This document shows positions 1 to 9,947 of a stretch of DNA of 53,780 nt, piece by piece. The stretch covers positions 1 through 53,780 of the forward strand of contig DASYLW010000003.1 in assembly GCA_036009385.1 (NCBI GenBank). The letters are read 5' to 3'. Origin of the DNA: Caballeronia sp. Lineage in GTDB: Bacteria; Pseudomonadota; Gammaproteobacteria; Burkholderiales; Burkholderiaceae. The notes under the pieces were generated by a model. The model saw only the letters and a program-made list of their open reading frames with translations, ran no database searches and was not told the DNA's origin. Positions within the stretch are counted from its first letter, which is position 1. Each line of letters starts with the position of its first letter. Both the position numbers and the translations under genes were made by a program.

Positions 1-4
1 CAAA

Positions 5-940
5 GTGACCATTCTTGTAATTGCAGAACACGACAACGCATCTGTCAAACCGGCGACGTTGAACACCATCGCGGCAGCTCAGAAGATCGGTGGCGATATC
101 CACGTGCTGATCGCGGGTTCGAACGCGCAAGCAGCGGCCGATGCAGCAGCGAAGATTGCGGGTGTAGCGAAGGTATTGCTCGCCGACGCCCCGCAACTCG
201 CCGATGGCCTGGCCGAGAATATCGACGCAACAGTGGTCCTGATCGCGAAGAACTACTCGCATATCCTGGCGCCCGCGACCCCGTACGGTAAGAACATCGC
301 CCCGCGTATTGCAGCGCATCTGGACGTGGCGCAGATCAGCGACATCACCGCAGTGGATTCGCCGGATACCTTCGAGCGTCCGATCTACGCAGGCAACGCA
401 ATCGCCACCGTTCAATCGAGCGATGCGATCAAGGTCATCACGGTGCGCACCACGGGTTTCGATCCGGTGGCGGCAGAAGGCGGCAGTGCATCGGTGGAGA
501 AGATCGAAGCCTCGGCCGATACGGGCATCTCCAAGTTCGTGAGCCGCGAGTTGACGAAGCTGGACCGGCCGGAACTGACGTCGGCGAAGATCATCGTGTC
601 GGGTGGACGCGGTTTGGGCAGTGGCGAGAACTACACGAAAGTGCTCGAGCCGCTCGCGGACAAACTGGGCGCGGCGCTGGGCGCATCGCGTGCGGCAGTC
701 GACGCAGGGTTCGTTCCGAACGACTATCAGGTCGGTCAAACGGGCAAGATTGTGGCACCGAACTTGTATGTTGCGGTCGGTATCTCGGGCGCGATCCAGC
801 ACTTGGCCGGGATGAAGGACAGCAAGGTCATCGTGGCGATCAACAAGGACGCGGAAGCGCCCATCTTCGGCGTAGCGGACTACGGCCTTGTGGGTGATCT
901 GTTCACGGTCGTACCGGAACTTGTGAAAGAACTGGCATAA
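5..940 (+). CDS. etfA: Electron transfer flavoprotein alpha subunit
   Basis: Contains the EtfA motifs [29 protein letters not shown] and AINKD; GTG start. Confidence 0.96.
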   Translation: MTILVIAEHDNASVKPATLNTIAAAQKIGGDIHVLIAGSNAQAAADAAAKIAGVAKVLLADAPQLADGLAENIDATVVLIAKNYSHILAPATPYGKNIAPRIAAHLDVAQISDITAVDSPDTFERPIYAGNAIATVQSSDAIKVITVRTTGFDPVAAEGGSASVEKIEASADTGISKFVSRELTKLDRPELTSAKIIVSGGRGLGSGENYTKVLEPLADKLGAALGASRAAVDAGFVPNDYQVGQTGKIVAPNLYVAVGISGAIQHLAGMKDSKVIVAINKDAEAPIFGVADYGLVGDLFTVVPELVKELA

Positions 941-947
941 AGCGACC

Positions 948-978
948 GTTCGAGTTGCGCCCGCTGCACGACTCGAAC
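948..978. terminator. Imperfect hairpin between convergent etfA and the MaoC pseudogene; possible terminator
   Basis: GTTCGAGTTGCGC-ccgct-GCACGACTCGAAC lies 8 nt after the etfA stop; it has no strong U-tract. Confidence 0.35.
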
Positions 979-1085
979 TTACCCTCATCTGCCGCGAACG
1001 TTGCCGCCCTCCCGACATGCGCGCAATAGGCGCTACGGATAAGAAAGCACGGCTTGCGCTGTCGCCGCACAAAGCCGCCGAACCA

Positions 1086-1540
1086 TCGCTGCGCTGCGCG
1101 CTTCTTGATAAGAAGATCGCTCATGCCGTCCTGCACGATCTCCTCGCGTTGATTCACCATGACGAAACGTCGCCCGAGCCGCCCGACCCGCTCGCTTTTT
1201 CGCGGGTCCAGTTCGGTGATTTCGAAGCGAAGATGCAAGGTATCGCCCACCAGGATCGGTGCGACGAACTTCCACTGATTAATCGACATCATCGCGACCG
1301 CGCTCTCATGGAAGATGCCGAGTTCGTGCAGCATCCCGGTCGCAATCGCTATGCCGAGCGTGCCATGCACCAGGCGTTGGCCGTAGCGCGTGCTCGTCGC
1401 GAACTCGGAGTCAGCGTGAATCGGATTTAGTCGCCGGAGAGCATCGAAAAGAATGTCAGGTCGGTTTCGGTGATGGTCGTGCCACCGCTTTCAAACGACT
1501 GCCCGACTTCGAAGTCCTCGAAGTAGAGTGAATTCGCCAC
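1086..1540 (-). pseudogene. Frameshifted MaoC-family (hotdog) dehydratase
   Basis: From GTG at 1540 (GAGG upstream) it reads VANSLYFEDFEVGQSFESGGTTITETDLTFFSMLSGD then TAA. The motif NPIHADSEFATSTRYGQRLVHGTLG continues in another frame, so there is a 1-nt lesion near 1428 at the expected Trp codon of GDWNPIH. The 3' end is approximate. Confidence 0.85.
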
Positions 1541-1658
1541 GCTGAACCTCTAATAAAAGATTGACTGAATGGATTCGGCGAGCGCGTGCGTAACCTTGTC
1601 TCGCGCAACCTGCGCCCGCAGATATTCATGCCATCATGACATTCGCGACGTTCCCTGC

Positions 1659-2456
1659 TCATTGCACGCCGGCAATGCGCCGTGCTTTCAGGATCACGGG
1701 CATATCGACCATCTTTCCATCGACCGCGATCGCTGCACCGCCGCTGGCTTCCACCGCCTGCAGCACACGTGCGGCCCATGCCTGCTCCTCGCTTGTCCAT
1801 GCATAAGCGCGATGCACAGCGGCGATCTGCTTCGGGTGAATACATAGCTTCGCGCCATACCCGAAACGGCGGCCGCGCCGCGCTTCGAACTCGACAGCGG
1901 CGACGTCGTCCAGCACGGTCGAAACACCGTCGACTGGCGCGGCAATGCCTGCCAGGCGCGACGCCAGCACGATCTGGGAGCGGAACAGGTGAAGTTCCTC
2001 GCCGTCGCCTCCTATATTCAGGTCGATCTGAAAATCCAGCGTGCCGAACAGGATGCGTTCTACCCGCGGTGCCGTGCAAATCTGCGTGAGATTGGCAAAG
2101 CCGAACGCGGTTTCGACGATTGGCAGGATCTTGAGCGATGCGTGCACATGCTCGAGCACTGTCTCGATCTGCCCGCGCGTATCCGCCTTGGGCAACACGA
2201 TGCCCGCCACGCCCGGATGGTTCGCGAGTGCCGCGATGTCATCTGCGAACCACGAGGTATCCGCGGCATTGATGCGCACGAAGGCGGGACGGGCGGGGTC
2301 CATGTGCCTGAGCACGGTATCGCGCGCGGCCGATTTTTCAAATGGCTGAACCGCGTCTTCCAGATCGAAGATCACGGCATCGGCGCCGGCTTCGCGCGCT
2401 TTCTCGAAGCGCTCGGCGCGGTTTCCCGGCACGAACAGATAAGAACGGGCGCTCAT
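1659..2456 (-). CDS. CitE/HpcH-family CoA-ester lyase, probable (S)-citramalyl-CoA lyase (Ccl-like)
   Basis: Motifs RSYLFVPG, DLEDAV, FVRIN, IVET, KLCIHPKQ and DGKMVD; last gene of the ich/ict-like operon. Confidence 0.85.
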   Translation of the reverse strand: MSARSYLFVPGNRAERFEKAREAGADAVIFDLEDAVQPFEKSAARDTVLRHMDPARPAFVRINAADTSWFADDIAALANHPGVAGIVLPKADTRGQIETVLEHVHASLKILPIVETAFGFANLTQICTAPRVERILFGTLDFQIDLNIGGDGEELHLFRSQIVLASRLAGIAAPVDGVSTVLDDVAAVEFEARRGRRFGYGAKLCIHPKQIAAVHRAYAWTSEEQAWAARVLQAVEASGGAAIAVDGKMVDMPVILKARRIAGVQ

Positions 2457-3829
2457 GCCCGCACGTCCGTTTCGAACAGTGTGCCGACCCGCGTTTCCGA
2501 CGCGATCTCCCAGGCCGCGTCGAGCAAGCGCGACGCTTCTTCGTCCGAAGCCGCGCCCGAAAACGCGGCGAGCCGGCGAAACTTGGTCGCGATCTCCTCG
2601 CGAGAGAGCGTATTGCCCGGATCGCCCTTCGGTTCGTCGACACGGCCCGCCAGTTCGCGGCCATCTCGCGTATATACCGTCACCTTGCCGATCCAGCGCT
2701 CCGGATACGCCCGGTCCACTTCCTCGTCGACGACCATTTCCACCTTGTCGCGAAAGTCGACGACCGCAGCCGCGGCATACCCGTGCTCGAACTCCAGGAC
2801 GCCCGCATAGCCGTGATGCGCGGCGAGCCCGAGCACGGTGCCCATGTGGAACTTGGCCTGGTGCACCGTGGCGGGCGACACCACGGCGCCGAGCACGTCG
2901 ATCGCGCCCTGATGGACGCGCGCCGTGATCCGCTCGATCTCGTCAGGCTTCAGCCCATGCTCCGCGATTACGGCCAGCAATGCATCCGCGGCAGGATGCG
3001 TGTGGCGGCATGCAGCGTGATATTTGAACGAGGTTTCGACGATCGCCCAACGCTCGCCCAGCCGGTCGGTGAGACGCGCCGGGTCCGCGTCGGTGGACAT
3101 CCCCGCAGCCATGCCCTTCTCGCCCTCCAGAATGCGCGCGGCGCCCTTGAAGCCATCGCCGGCGAGCGTTGCCGCCATGAGGCCGTTAGCGGCCGCCATC
3201 GCCGTGTGGAGCTGTTTGGAATCGGCGGCATCGCGCAGGAACTCCCACAGGCCGCTGGCTTGCGTGCCCGCCGAGCCGAACGCATCGAGCATCTGCACCG
3301 GCGACAGCCCGAGCATTCGTCCAGCGGCGGCCGCAGCCGCCACGGTTCCCGCCGTGCCGGTGGTATGAAACACCTTGTAGTGCGAGCGTCCCAGAAATTC
3401 GCCGACCCGGATCCCCACCTCATAGCCCGCCACCGCCGCGGCGATAAATTCACGTCCCGACGCGCGGGTGGCCTGTGCCAGCGCCATCACGACCGGGAAC
3501 ACGACGGTTGCCGGATGGAACACGGAGCCGTTGTGCACGTCGTCCTGCTCGACGAAATGCGAGGCGGCCGCATTCACCATCGCCGCAAAATACGGCGTGG
3601 CGCGCGTGCGGTCGATCAGCACTTCCGCCGGCCCATTGCCGTTCGCCGCGCCCGCCATGCTCGCGAACAACGCGATGCTCTCGACAGGCCGCGCGCCCTT
3701 GCCGCCAAGCGCGGAGCCGAGCCAATCGACGTACAGGTTCACCGTACGCTCGACGACCTGCTGCGGGATGTCGTCAAAAGCCAGTTGAGCTGCGAAGGCG
3801 GCAAGCGCCCGGCTAGGATGATCCGTCAT
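2453..3829 (-). CDS. MmgE/PrpD family protein
   Basis: Motifs QDDVH, VFHP, FHTTGT, SKQLH, KYHAACRHTH and PKGDP; ATGA overlap with the downstream lyase. Confidence 0.9.
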   Translation of the reverse strand: MTDHPSRALAAFAAQLAFDDIPQQVVERTVNLYVDWLGSALGGKGARPVESIALFASMAGAANGNGPAEVLIDRTRATPYFAAMVNAAASHFVEQDDVHNGSVFHPATVVFPVVMALAQATRASGREFIAAAVAGYEVGIRVGEFLGRSHYKVFHTTGTAGTVAAAAAAGRMLGLSPVQMLDAFGSAGTQASGLWEFLRDAADSKQLHTAMAAANGLMAATLAGDGFKGAARILEGEKGMAAGMSTDADPARLTDRLGERWAIVETSFKYHAACRHTHPAADALLAVIAEHGLKPDEIERITARVHQGAIDVLGAVVSPATVHQAKFHMGTVLGLAAHHGYAGVLEFEHGYAAAAVVDFRDKVEMVVDEEVDRAYPERWIGKVTVYTRDGRELAGRVDEPKGDPGNTLSREEIATKFRRLAAFSGAASDEEASRLLDAAWEIASETRVGTLFETDVRA

Positions 3830-3850
3830 GTGTCGGCCTGAATGAGAAGG

Positions 3851-5029
3851 TTAAATGATGCCGGCGGCGCGCAAGGCCTGGATCCGCTCCGGCTCGTAAC
3901 CGAGCTCGCTCAAGATCGCATCGGTGTGTTCGCCGAGCGCTGGCACCGGGTCCATACGCGGCTCGAAACCATCGGGCATGCCAGGCGGCGACAACGCGGG
4001 AACGCGGCCCGCGGACGTGCCGACTTCACGCCAGCGCCCGCGCGCCGCGAGCTGCGGATGCGCCCAGACATCGGCGACCGTGTTCATCTGCGCGTTCGCA
4101 ATGCCGGCGGCATCGAGCCGTTGCAGCACGGTTTGCGCCGTGAGCGAACTGAACGCTTCGACAATGACTGCGCGCAATGCGTCACGCGACGCCGAGCGCC
4201 TCGAATTCGCATCGAAACGGGGATCGGCGGCAAGCGATGGCTGCTCCAGCACGCGTTCACAAAAGACCTTCCACTCGCGCTCATTTTGAAGTCCGAGCAT
4301 GACGGTCTTGCCATCGCCGGCGGGAAACGGGCCATAGGGATAAATGGTAGCGTGCGCGGCGCCAGAAAGCGTTGGCGGACTCTGGCCGTCGATCGCGTAG
4401 TACAACGGATAGCCCATCCATTCGGTCATGCTCTCGAGCATCGATACATCGATCCGGCAGCCCCTGCCGGTTCGCCCACGCAGCATCAGGGCGCTCAGGA
4501 TGTTCGAATACGCGTACATGCCAGCCGCGATATCGGCAATCGAACAGCCCGCTTTCGCCGGCTCGCCGGGTGAGCCGGTGATCGACAGGAAGCCGGATTC
4601 GCTCTGGATCAAAAGGTCGTACGCCTTCTTGTCGCGATACGGTCCATCGGCGCCATAGCCAGAGATGTCACAGACGATCAGCTCGGGGTACAGCTTGCTC
4701 AGCGTGTCGTAACCCAGGCCGAGCCGGTCGGCCGCCCCGGGCGCGAGATTCTGCACAAGCACGTCGGCGTCGGCGATCAGCGCCCCGAGGATCTTCCCTG
4801 CTTCCGCCTGCTTGACATCCAGCGTCAAGCTTTCCTTGGAGCGGTTGGTCCAAACGAAATGCGATGCGAGCCCATGCACGCGTTCGTCGTAGCCGCGAGC
4901 GAAATCGCCGCTGCCCGGCCGCTCCACCTTGATCACGCGCGCGCCCAGGTCGGCCAGCTGCCGTGTACAGAAAGGCGCGGCGATGGCGTGCTCGAGCGTG
5001 ATGACCTTGATGCCGTCGAGAGGTCTCAT
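3851..5029 (-). CDS. CaiB/BaiF family III CoA-transferase, probable itaconate/mesaconate CoA-transferase (Ict-like)
   Basis: Motifs PLDGIKV, APFCTRQLADLGARVIKVE, NRSKES, AYDLLIQ, IADIAAG and PALGEHT. Confidence 0.9.
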   Translation of the reverse strand: MRPLDGIKVITLEHAIAAPFCTRQLADLGARVIKVERPGSGDFARGYDERVHGLASHFVWTNRSKESLTLDVKQAEAGKILGALIADADVLVQNLAPGAADRLGLGYDTLSKLYPELIVCDISGYGADGPYRDKKAYDLLIQSESGFLSITGSPGEPAKAGCSIADIAAGMYAYSNILSALMLRGRTGRGCRIDVSMLESMTEWMGYPLYYAIDGQSPPTLSGAAHATIYPYGPFPAGDGKTVMLGLQNEREWKVFCERVLEQPSLAADPRFDANSRRSASRDALRAVIVEAFSSLTAQTVLQRLDAAGIANAQMNTVADVWAHPQLAARGRWREVGTSAGRVPALSPPGMPDGFEPRMDPVPALGEHTDAILSELGYEPERIQALRAAGII

Positions 5030-5033
5030 GACT

Positions 5034-6197
5034 TTAAAAGGACCGTGGCAGGCCGAGGATATGCTCGGCGACGTACGAAAGGATCAGGTTGGTCGAGATC
5101 GGCGCAACCTGATACAGGCGGGTCTCGCGGAACTTGCGCTCTACGTCGTATTCGCAGGCGAAACCAAAGCCGCCGTGGAACTGAAGGCAGGCGTTGGCCG
5201 CTTCCCACGAGGCGTCCGCTGCCAGCAGCTTCGCCATGTTCGCCTGGGCGCCGCAGGGTTCGTGGGCATCGAATCGGCGGGCCGCCTCGAAACGCATCAG
5301 GCTGGCCGCTTCCACGTTGACGAAGGAGCGCGCGATGGGAAATTGCACACCCTGGTTCTGTCCAATGGGCCGTCCAAACACAATGCGGTCTTTCGCGTAA
5401 GCCGTCACCTTGTCGACGAACCAGTAACCGTCGCCGATACACTCCGCCGCGATCAGCGTGCGTTCCGCATTGAGCCCGTCGAGGATGTACTTGAAGCCTT
5501 GCCCTTCTTCGCCGATCAGGTTTTCAGCGGGAATCTCGAGGTTGTCGAAGAACAGTTCGTTGGTCTCGTGATTGACCATGTTCAGGATCGGCTGCACGGT
5601 CATGCCGTTGCCGATCGCTTCACGCAGATCGACAATGAAGATGGACATGCCTTCGGACTTGCGCTTCACATCGGCAAGCGGCGTGGTCCGGGCCAGCAGG
5701 ATCATCAGGTCCGAATGCTGGACCCGCGAGATCCAGACCTTCTGGCCGTTGATCACGTAACGATCGCCGCGGCGCTCGGCCGTCGTCTTGATCTTTGTCG
5801 TGTCGGTGCCCGTGGTCGGTTCGGTTACGCCCATCGACTGAAGACGCAGGTCGCCGCTTGCGATCTTCGGCAGGTAGCGACCCTTTTGTTCGGTCGAGCC
5901 GTGCCGCAGCAACGTGCCCATGTTGTACATCTGTCCATGGCACGCGCCCGAATTGCCGCCGGCGCGATTGATCTCCTCCATGATGACCGACGCTTCGGTC
6001 AGGCCCAGTCCCGAGCCGCCATATTCCTGCGGGATCAGCGCCGCAAGCCAGCCCGCCTTTGTCAGCGCGTCGACAAAGGCTTCCGGATAACCGCGTGCTT
6101 CGTCGATCTTGCGAAAGTAATCGCCGGCAAATTGCTGGCACAGGTCGCGAACCGCTTCGCGAATGTCCTGGAACGAGTCGGATTGAATGGTTTGCAT
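5034..6197 (-). CDS. Acyl-CoA dehydrogenase (in C5-dicarboxylate operon)
   Basis: Motifs YGGSGLG, MGVTEP, INGQKVWIS, FGRPIGQNQ and HGGFGF. Confidence 0.92.
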   Translation of the reverse strand: MQTIQSDSFQDIREAVRDLCQQFAGDYFRKIDEARGYPEAFVDALTKAGWLAALIPQEYGGSGLGLTEASVIMEEINRAGGNSGACHGQMYNMGTLLRHGSTEQKGRYLPKIASGDLRLQSMGVTEPTTGTDTTKIKTTAERRGDRYVINGQKVWISRVQHSDLMILLARTTPLADVKRKSEGMSIFIVDLREAIGNGMTVQPILNMVNHETNELFFDNLEIPAENLIGEEGQGFKYILDGLNAERTLIAAECIGDGYWFVDKVTAYAKDRIVFGRPIGQNQGVQFPIARSFVNVEAASLMRFEAARRFDAHEPCGAQANMAKLLAADASWEAANACLQFHGGFGFACEYDVERKFRETRLYQVAPISTNLILSYVAEHILGLPRSF

Positions 6198-6216
6198 GAG
6201 TCTCGTTTAAGTGAGT

Positions 6217-7059
6217 TCAGTCGAGCGTCGCGGTGGCACGCATGGTCAGGTAGCCGTCGTGGTCTTTGGCCCACAGATCAATGGTCTTGCCGTCTTTCGA
6301 GGGCTTGCCGCACACGGTGAACGGATTCGGCACAAAGGTGGGCCGCAATGCGCGGAAAGCGAAGCTGGCGAGCGTGGCGCCGGGCAGCTCGCGGCGCACG
6401 AGATCGACCAGCATCGTGGCGATCAGCGGACCGTGCACGATCAGTCCCGGGTAACCCTCTTCCTGGGTCACGTACGGCTGATCGTAGTGAATCCGGTGGC
6501 CGTTGAAAGTCAACGCCGAGTATCGGAACAGCAGCACCGGGCTTGTTTCGACGATGCGGCTGAAGGCCTCGCCGCCAGGCGCCTTTGCCGGCTCTTTCTC
6601 AGGGGCAGTTGACGCGGGCGCGTCGCGATAGACGATGTCGTGTTCTTCCTCGATCTTCAGTTCGCCGTCCGCGTGCACTTCATGCTGCACGGTCACGAAC
6701 ACGAGCCGGCCCGTACGCCCGGTCTTGTCCTCGATGCTCGCAATGGTCGACGTCCGCGTAGCCTGCTCGCCGATTTGCAACGGCGCATGAAACGTCAGGC
6801 GTCCGCCCGCCCACATGCGACGCGGCAAGGGAACCGGAGGCAGGAAGCCGCCTCGCTCCGGATGGCCATCCGGGCCCACTTCAGAAAGCGGTGCGACCGG
6901 CAAGAAATAGAGCCAGTGCCACAGCGGTGGCACGATCCGGGTCTCGGCTTCGCGATCGAGCGTGGCCGACAGGGCAGCGAGCGGGAAGGCGCTAACGAGG
7001 TCGTGGACCGTCTCGGTCCTGCCTAGCCAATCGTCAAATTTATCAGTGGATTCGGGCAC
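6217..7059 (-). CDS. FAS1-like double hotdog dehydratase, probable itaconyl-CoA hydratase/mesaconyl-C4-CoA hydratase (Ich-like)
   Basis: Motifs PPLWHWLYF, DGHPERGGFLPP, RRMWAGG, LFRYSALTFNGHRIHYD and VHGPL; GTG start with GAGG RBS. Confidence 0.88.
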   Translation of the reverse strand: MPESTDKFDDWLGRTETVHDLVSAFPLAALSATLDREAETRIVPPLWHWLYFLPVAPLSEVGPDGHPERGGFLPPVPLPRRMWAGGRLTFHAPLQIGEQATRTSTIASIEDKTGRTGRLVFVTVQHEVHADGELKIEEEHDIVYRDAPASTAPEKEPAKAPGGEAFSRIVETSPVLLFRYSALTFNGHRIHYDQPYVTQEEGYPGLIVHGPLIATMLVDLVRRELPGATLASFAFRALRPTFVPNPFTVCGKPSKDGKTIDLWAKDHDGYLTMRATATLD

Positions 7060-7145
7060 CGCTGCCTCGTGTTGTAAGTTGTTTCGTTAGATTCGACTAT
7101 GAGCCCGCTGCCCGGATTCGTGAAGTCACGATTTTTGAAGCGGGG

Positions 7146-7162
7146 ATTCAGCGTTGCTTAAT
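7146..7162. promoter_or_regulatory. Candidate LysR-type recognition site (T-N11-A dyad) upstream of the ich-like operon
   Basis: ATTCAGC-GTT-GCTTAAT is a near-perfect dyad about 90 bp upstream of the start at 7059. Confidence 0.5.
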
Positions 7163-7199
7163 GCCGTGTTCGATGGCGCTTCAAGGACCCATCAGCAGT

Positions 7200-7872
7200 T
7201 CAACGCAGTTCAGCTCGCCCGCTGTTCAGCACGGCCACGTCACGTTCGACCACGCGCGAGCGAAACCTCACCGCAGTGCCGTCGAGCCATAGTTCAGTCC
7301 GGATCGTCTCGCCCGGGTAGACCGGCGCGGAGAAGCGCGCATAGAGCACGGCGAGACGCTCGGGCTGGCTGTCGCAGACTGTCTTCAACACGGCATGGCA
7401 CGCCACGCCGTACGTCGCGAGGCCATGCAGGATCGGGCCCTCGAAACCCGCGGCCCTCGCGGCGGCGGGATCGGCGTGAAGCGGGTTGTCGTCGCCGGAG
7501 AGACGGTAGATGAGCGCGCCTTCGGGGCGCGTCGCTCGGCTGGCCGAGCCCGCTGTAACCGCCATCGCCGCGGAGGAACTTGAGTTGCTCCACCGTCGCG
7601 AGCAGCTGGCTGGTGTGCTTCTCCTCGATGGTACGTTCTATCAGCAGCAGCGCGCCCTTGCCTGCGCCTTTATCGACGATACGCGCCACCCGCGACCTGC
7701 CGATGATCGTCGCCGCCGACGGCAGCGGGCTATGGATGCGCAAGGTCTGCTCGCCCTGCAACAGCTTGACCCAGTCGATACCCGTGCCCGGATGTTTTGC
7801 CCAAAATCCCGGACAACCGGGCACGTTGGCAAATGTCGGCGATACCCGCAGATTCTTTTCGTAGACATAGGC
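7200..7872 (-). pseudogene. 5'-truncated, internally deleted and frameshifted MFE-2-like (R)-hydratase (MaoC double hotdog)
   Basis: YVYEKNL...LLQGEQ...DKGAGKGA...LRGDGG is in one frame and ALIYRLSGDDNPLHADP...PILHGL...VYPGET in another. The junction is near 7525 and the N-terminus is missing. Confidence 0.85.
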
Positions 7873-7875
7873 AGG

Positions 7876-8224
7876 CGGCATCTTGTCGATGGCGGAACTG
7901 CTCGAGTCGCCAGGCCGGTTGAAAATGGAAGAGTTCATCGCAAAGCGGGTCGAAAAAGGTATCGCACTCAAGGTACTCCGATCGCCCTCGAACGACACGG
8001 ACTCCATCTGGCCAGCGGCGACGACAGAGCTGCGCGAGCTTCGGCATGCACCATCACACATTACACTCGCGATGACCGCCTACGTGTACGACGACAAAGT
8101 AGCAATAATCTCGTCCAGGCGCGAAGACTACGGCTTGATCATCCAAAGTCAGGACTTCGCTAACCTCTGTGCTGCATTGTTCCACGGCTTATGGGCAATC
8201 TCTGCTCCCACTACGGTGGATTGA
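7876..8224 (+). pseudogene. C-terminal fragment of a TrmB-like transcriptional regulator (HTH missing)
   Basis: GILSMAELL...RVEKGIALKVLRS...RELR...YVYDDKVAIISS...YGLIIQS...LFHGLW resembles the TrmB effector domain; no N-terminal HTH and no clear RBS. Confidence 0.6.
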
Positions 8225-8311
8225 CGCCCTTGGGTACCAGGCGAACGCTGCATGCGGGAGGCCGGGAATCCTCGATGCAGCCGGACCGATCCGGGTGTTC
8301 CGCGACGCGCC

Positions 8312-9301
8312 CTACCTCCCCCATCTCAGCGCCGCCGTATGCACCGCACTATCCCAATGCGCTTTCATCTCTTCATCGAGAACACAGAGCGTGATTGACG
8401 CTCCCGCCATCTCAAGCGACGTCGTCAACGCGCCGACCAGCACGCGCCCGATCCTGAGCCCACGCTCGCCAAGCCACACTCGCGTAGAGTTGAACAACAG
8501 ATAGAGCTCCCCAAGCGGCGTTCCACCCAGCCCATTAACCAGCACAAGCAATTCCGCATCCCCCTCCGGCTTCAAATCATCAACAATCGCACTCAACAAC
8601 TCCGCCACGATCGCATCGGCCGGCGCCAACTTCGCCCGTCGCCTGCCCGGCTCGCCGTGAATACCCACCCCCACTTCAATCTCATCGTCGCCGATCTTGA
8701 ACGTACGCGTGCCCGCCGCCGGCACGACGCAGCTCGTGAACGCAACGCCCATCGACGCGGTATGCTTGTTAATACGATCCCCAAACGCCTTGCACTGCTC
8801 AAGACTCGCACCGCTTTCCGCCATGCTGCCCACCAGTTTCTCGACAATCACCGTTCCCGCCACCCCCCTTCGCCCGGTCGTATAACTCGAATCCTCGACC
8901 GCGACATCATCGTTGATCAGCACGATCGCGTTCGGCACCTCGGACATCTCGGAGGCCATCTCGAAGTTCATCACATCGCCCGAGTAGTTCTTCACGATGA
9001 AGAGGACGCCCGGACCGGTATCGACTGCCATGGCGGCGGCCATCATCTGGTCCGGCGTCGGCGACGTAAATATCTGCCCCGGGCACGCGGCATCGAGCAT
9101 GCCGTGGCCGACAAAACCACTATGCAAAGGCTCATGCCCCGACCCGCCGCCCGACACCAGCGCCACCTTCCCGGGCGTCAGCACCTTGCGACGCACGAAC
9201 AAAGGCTCGTTGTTCAGGACGACGAGATCGGCATGCGCGGTGGCGAATCCCGCCAAACTTTCGGCAAGAAAATCGTCGACGTGATTGATGAACTTCTTCA
9301 T
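8312..9301 (-). CDS. dhaK: Dihydroxyacetone kinase family substrate-binding subunit DhaK
   Basis: MKKFIN start with GAAGGAG RBS; motifs GGGSGHEP, FTSP, KNYSGD, GRRG and GIHGEPG. Confidence 0.92.
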   Translation of the reverse strand: MKKFINHVDDFLAESLAGFATAHADLVVLNNEPLFVRRKVLTPGKVALVSGGGSGHEPLHSGFVGHGMLDAACPGQIFTSPTPDQMMAAAMAVDTGPGVLFIVKNYSGDVMNFEMASEMSEVPNAIVLINDDVAVEDSSYTTGRRGVAGTVIVEKLVGSMAESGASLEQCKAFGDRINKHTASMGVAFTSCVVPAAGTRTFKIGDDEIEVGVGIHGEPGRRRAKLAPADAIVAELLSAIVDDLKPEGDAELLVLVNGLGGTPLGELYLLFNSTRVWLGERGLRIGRVLVGALTTSLEMAGASITLCVLDEEMKAHWDSAVHTAALRWGR

Positions 9302-9314
9302 GGCCTGTGCTCCT

Positions 9315-9947
9315 TCACTTGATGTGTTGCGCGAGATGCGCGCACACCGCCGCAATCATGAGCTCGCTGGAACGCGCGCCCGGATCGATATGGCCGCGCG
9401 AACGCTCGCCGAGAAACGACGCCCGTCCTTTGGTCGCGAGCATGTCGCGGGTGGCAAGCATCTGCGTTTGCGCCACGCGCGGCAGCTCGTCGAGGACCGC
9501 TTGCGCGGACGCGCCCGCGGCCGCCAGTTCCCTGAAACGATTTGCGACCGGGATCAGCACGTCCATCATCGTCTTGCTGCCCACGCCCGTCTTGCCCCGC
9601 TGGCCGACCGCATCCACGCCCGTGGCAAAGATGGCGGCAAACCCGGGCACGTCCATCCCCTGCCCCTTCGCGCCCTTAGACATGCCGCTCAACAATGAAT
9701 AAAACAGCGGTCCCGACGATCCTCCGACTGTCGATAACACTTTGGCCGCCACCGCATCGAGCGACGGCCCGAACGCAGCGGCTTCGATGTCACCGCGCGC
9801 GGCGAGCAGCGCCTCCATGCCGCGCAACAGGTTGAAGATGTGGTCGCCATCGCCGATCTGCTGATCGAGCAACGCGATCTCATCCATGTTTTGCTTGAGC
9901 GTTGCATGCGCGGCTTCGATGCACGCCATGACCGTCTTGCCATTCAT
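9315..9947 (-). CDS. dhaL: Dihydroxyacetone kinase family ADP-binding subunit DhaL
   Basis: Motifs IGDGDH, GGSSGPL, KTMMD, GRASFLGERS and DPGA. Start re-called at MNGK (AGGAGG RBS, ATGA overlap). Confidence 0.9.
   Translation of the reverse strand: MNGKTVMACIEAAHATLKQNMDEIALLDQQIGDGDHIFNLLRGMEALLAARGDIEAAAFGPSLDAVAAKVLSTVGGSSGPLFYSLLSGMSKGAKGQGMDVPGFAAIFATGVDAVGQRGKTGVGSKTMMDVLIPVANRFRELAAAGASAQAVLDELPRVAQTQMLATRDMLATKGRASFLGERSRGHIDPGARSSELMIAAVCAHLAQHIK

Noticed and set aside
2342-6320. Long plus-strand ORFs (499, 243 and 463 aa) antisense to the C5 operon
   Set aside because: Shadow ORFs typical of high-GC DNA; Arg-rich with no family motifs, and the minus-strand genes are clearly real.
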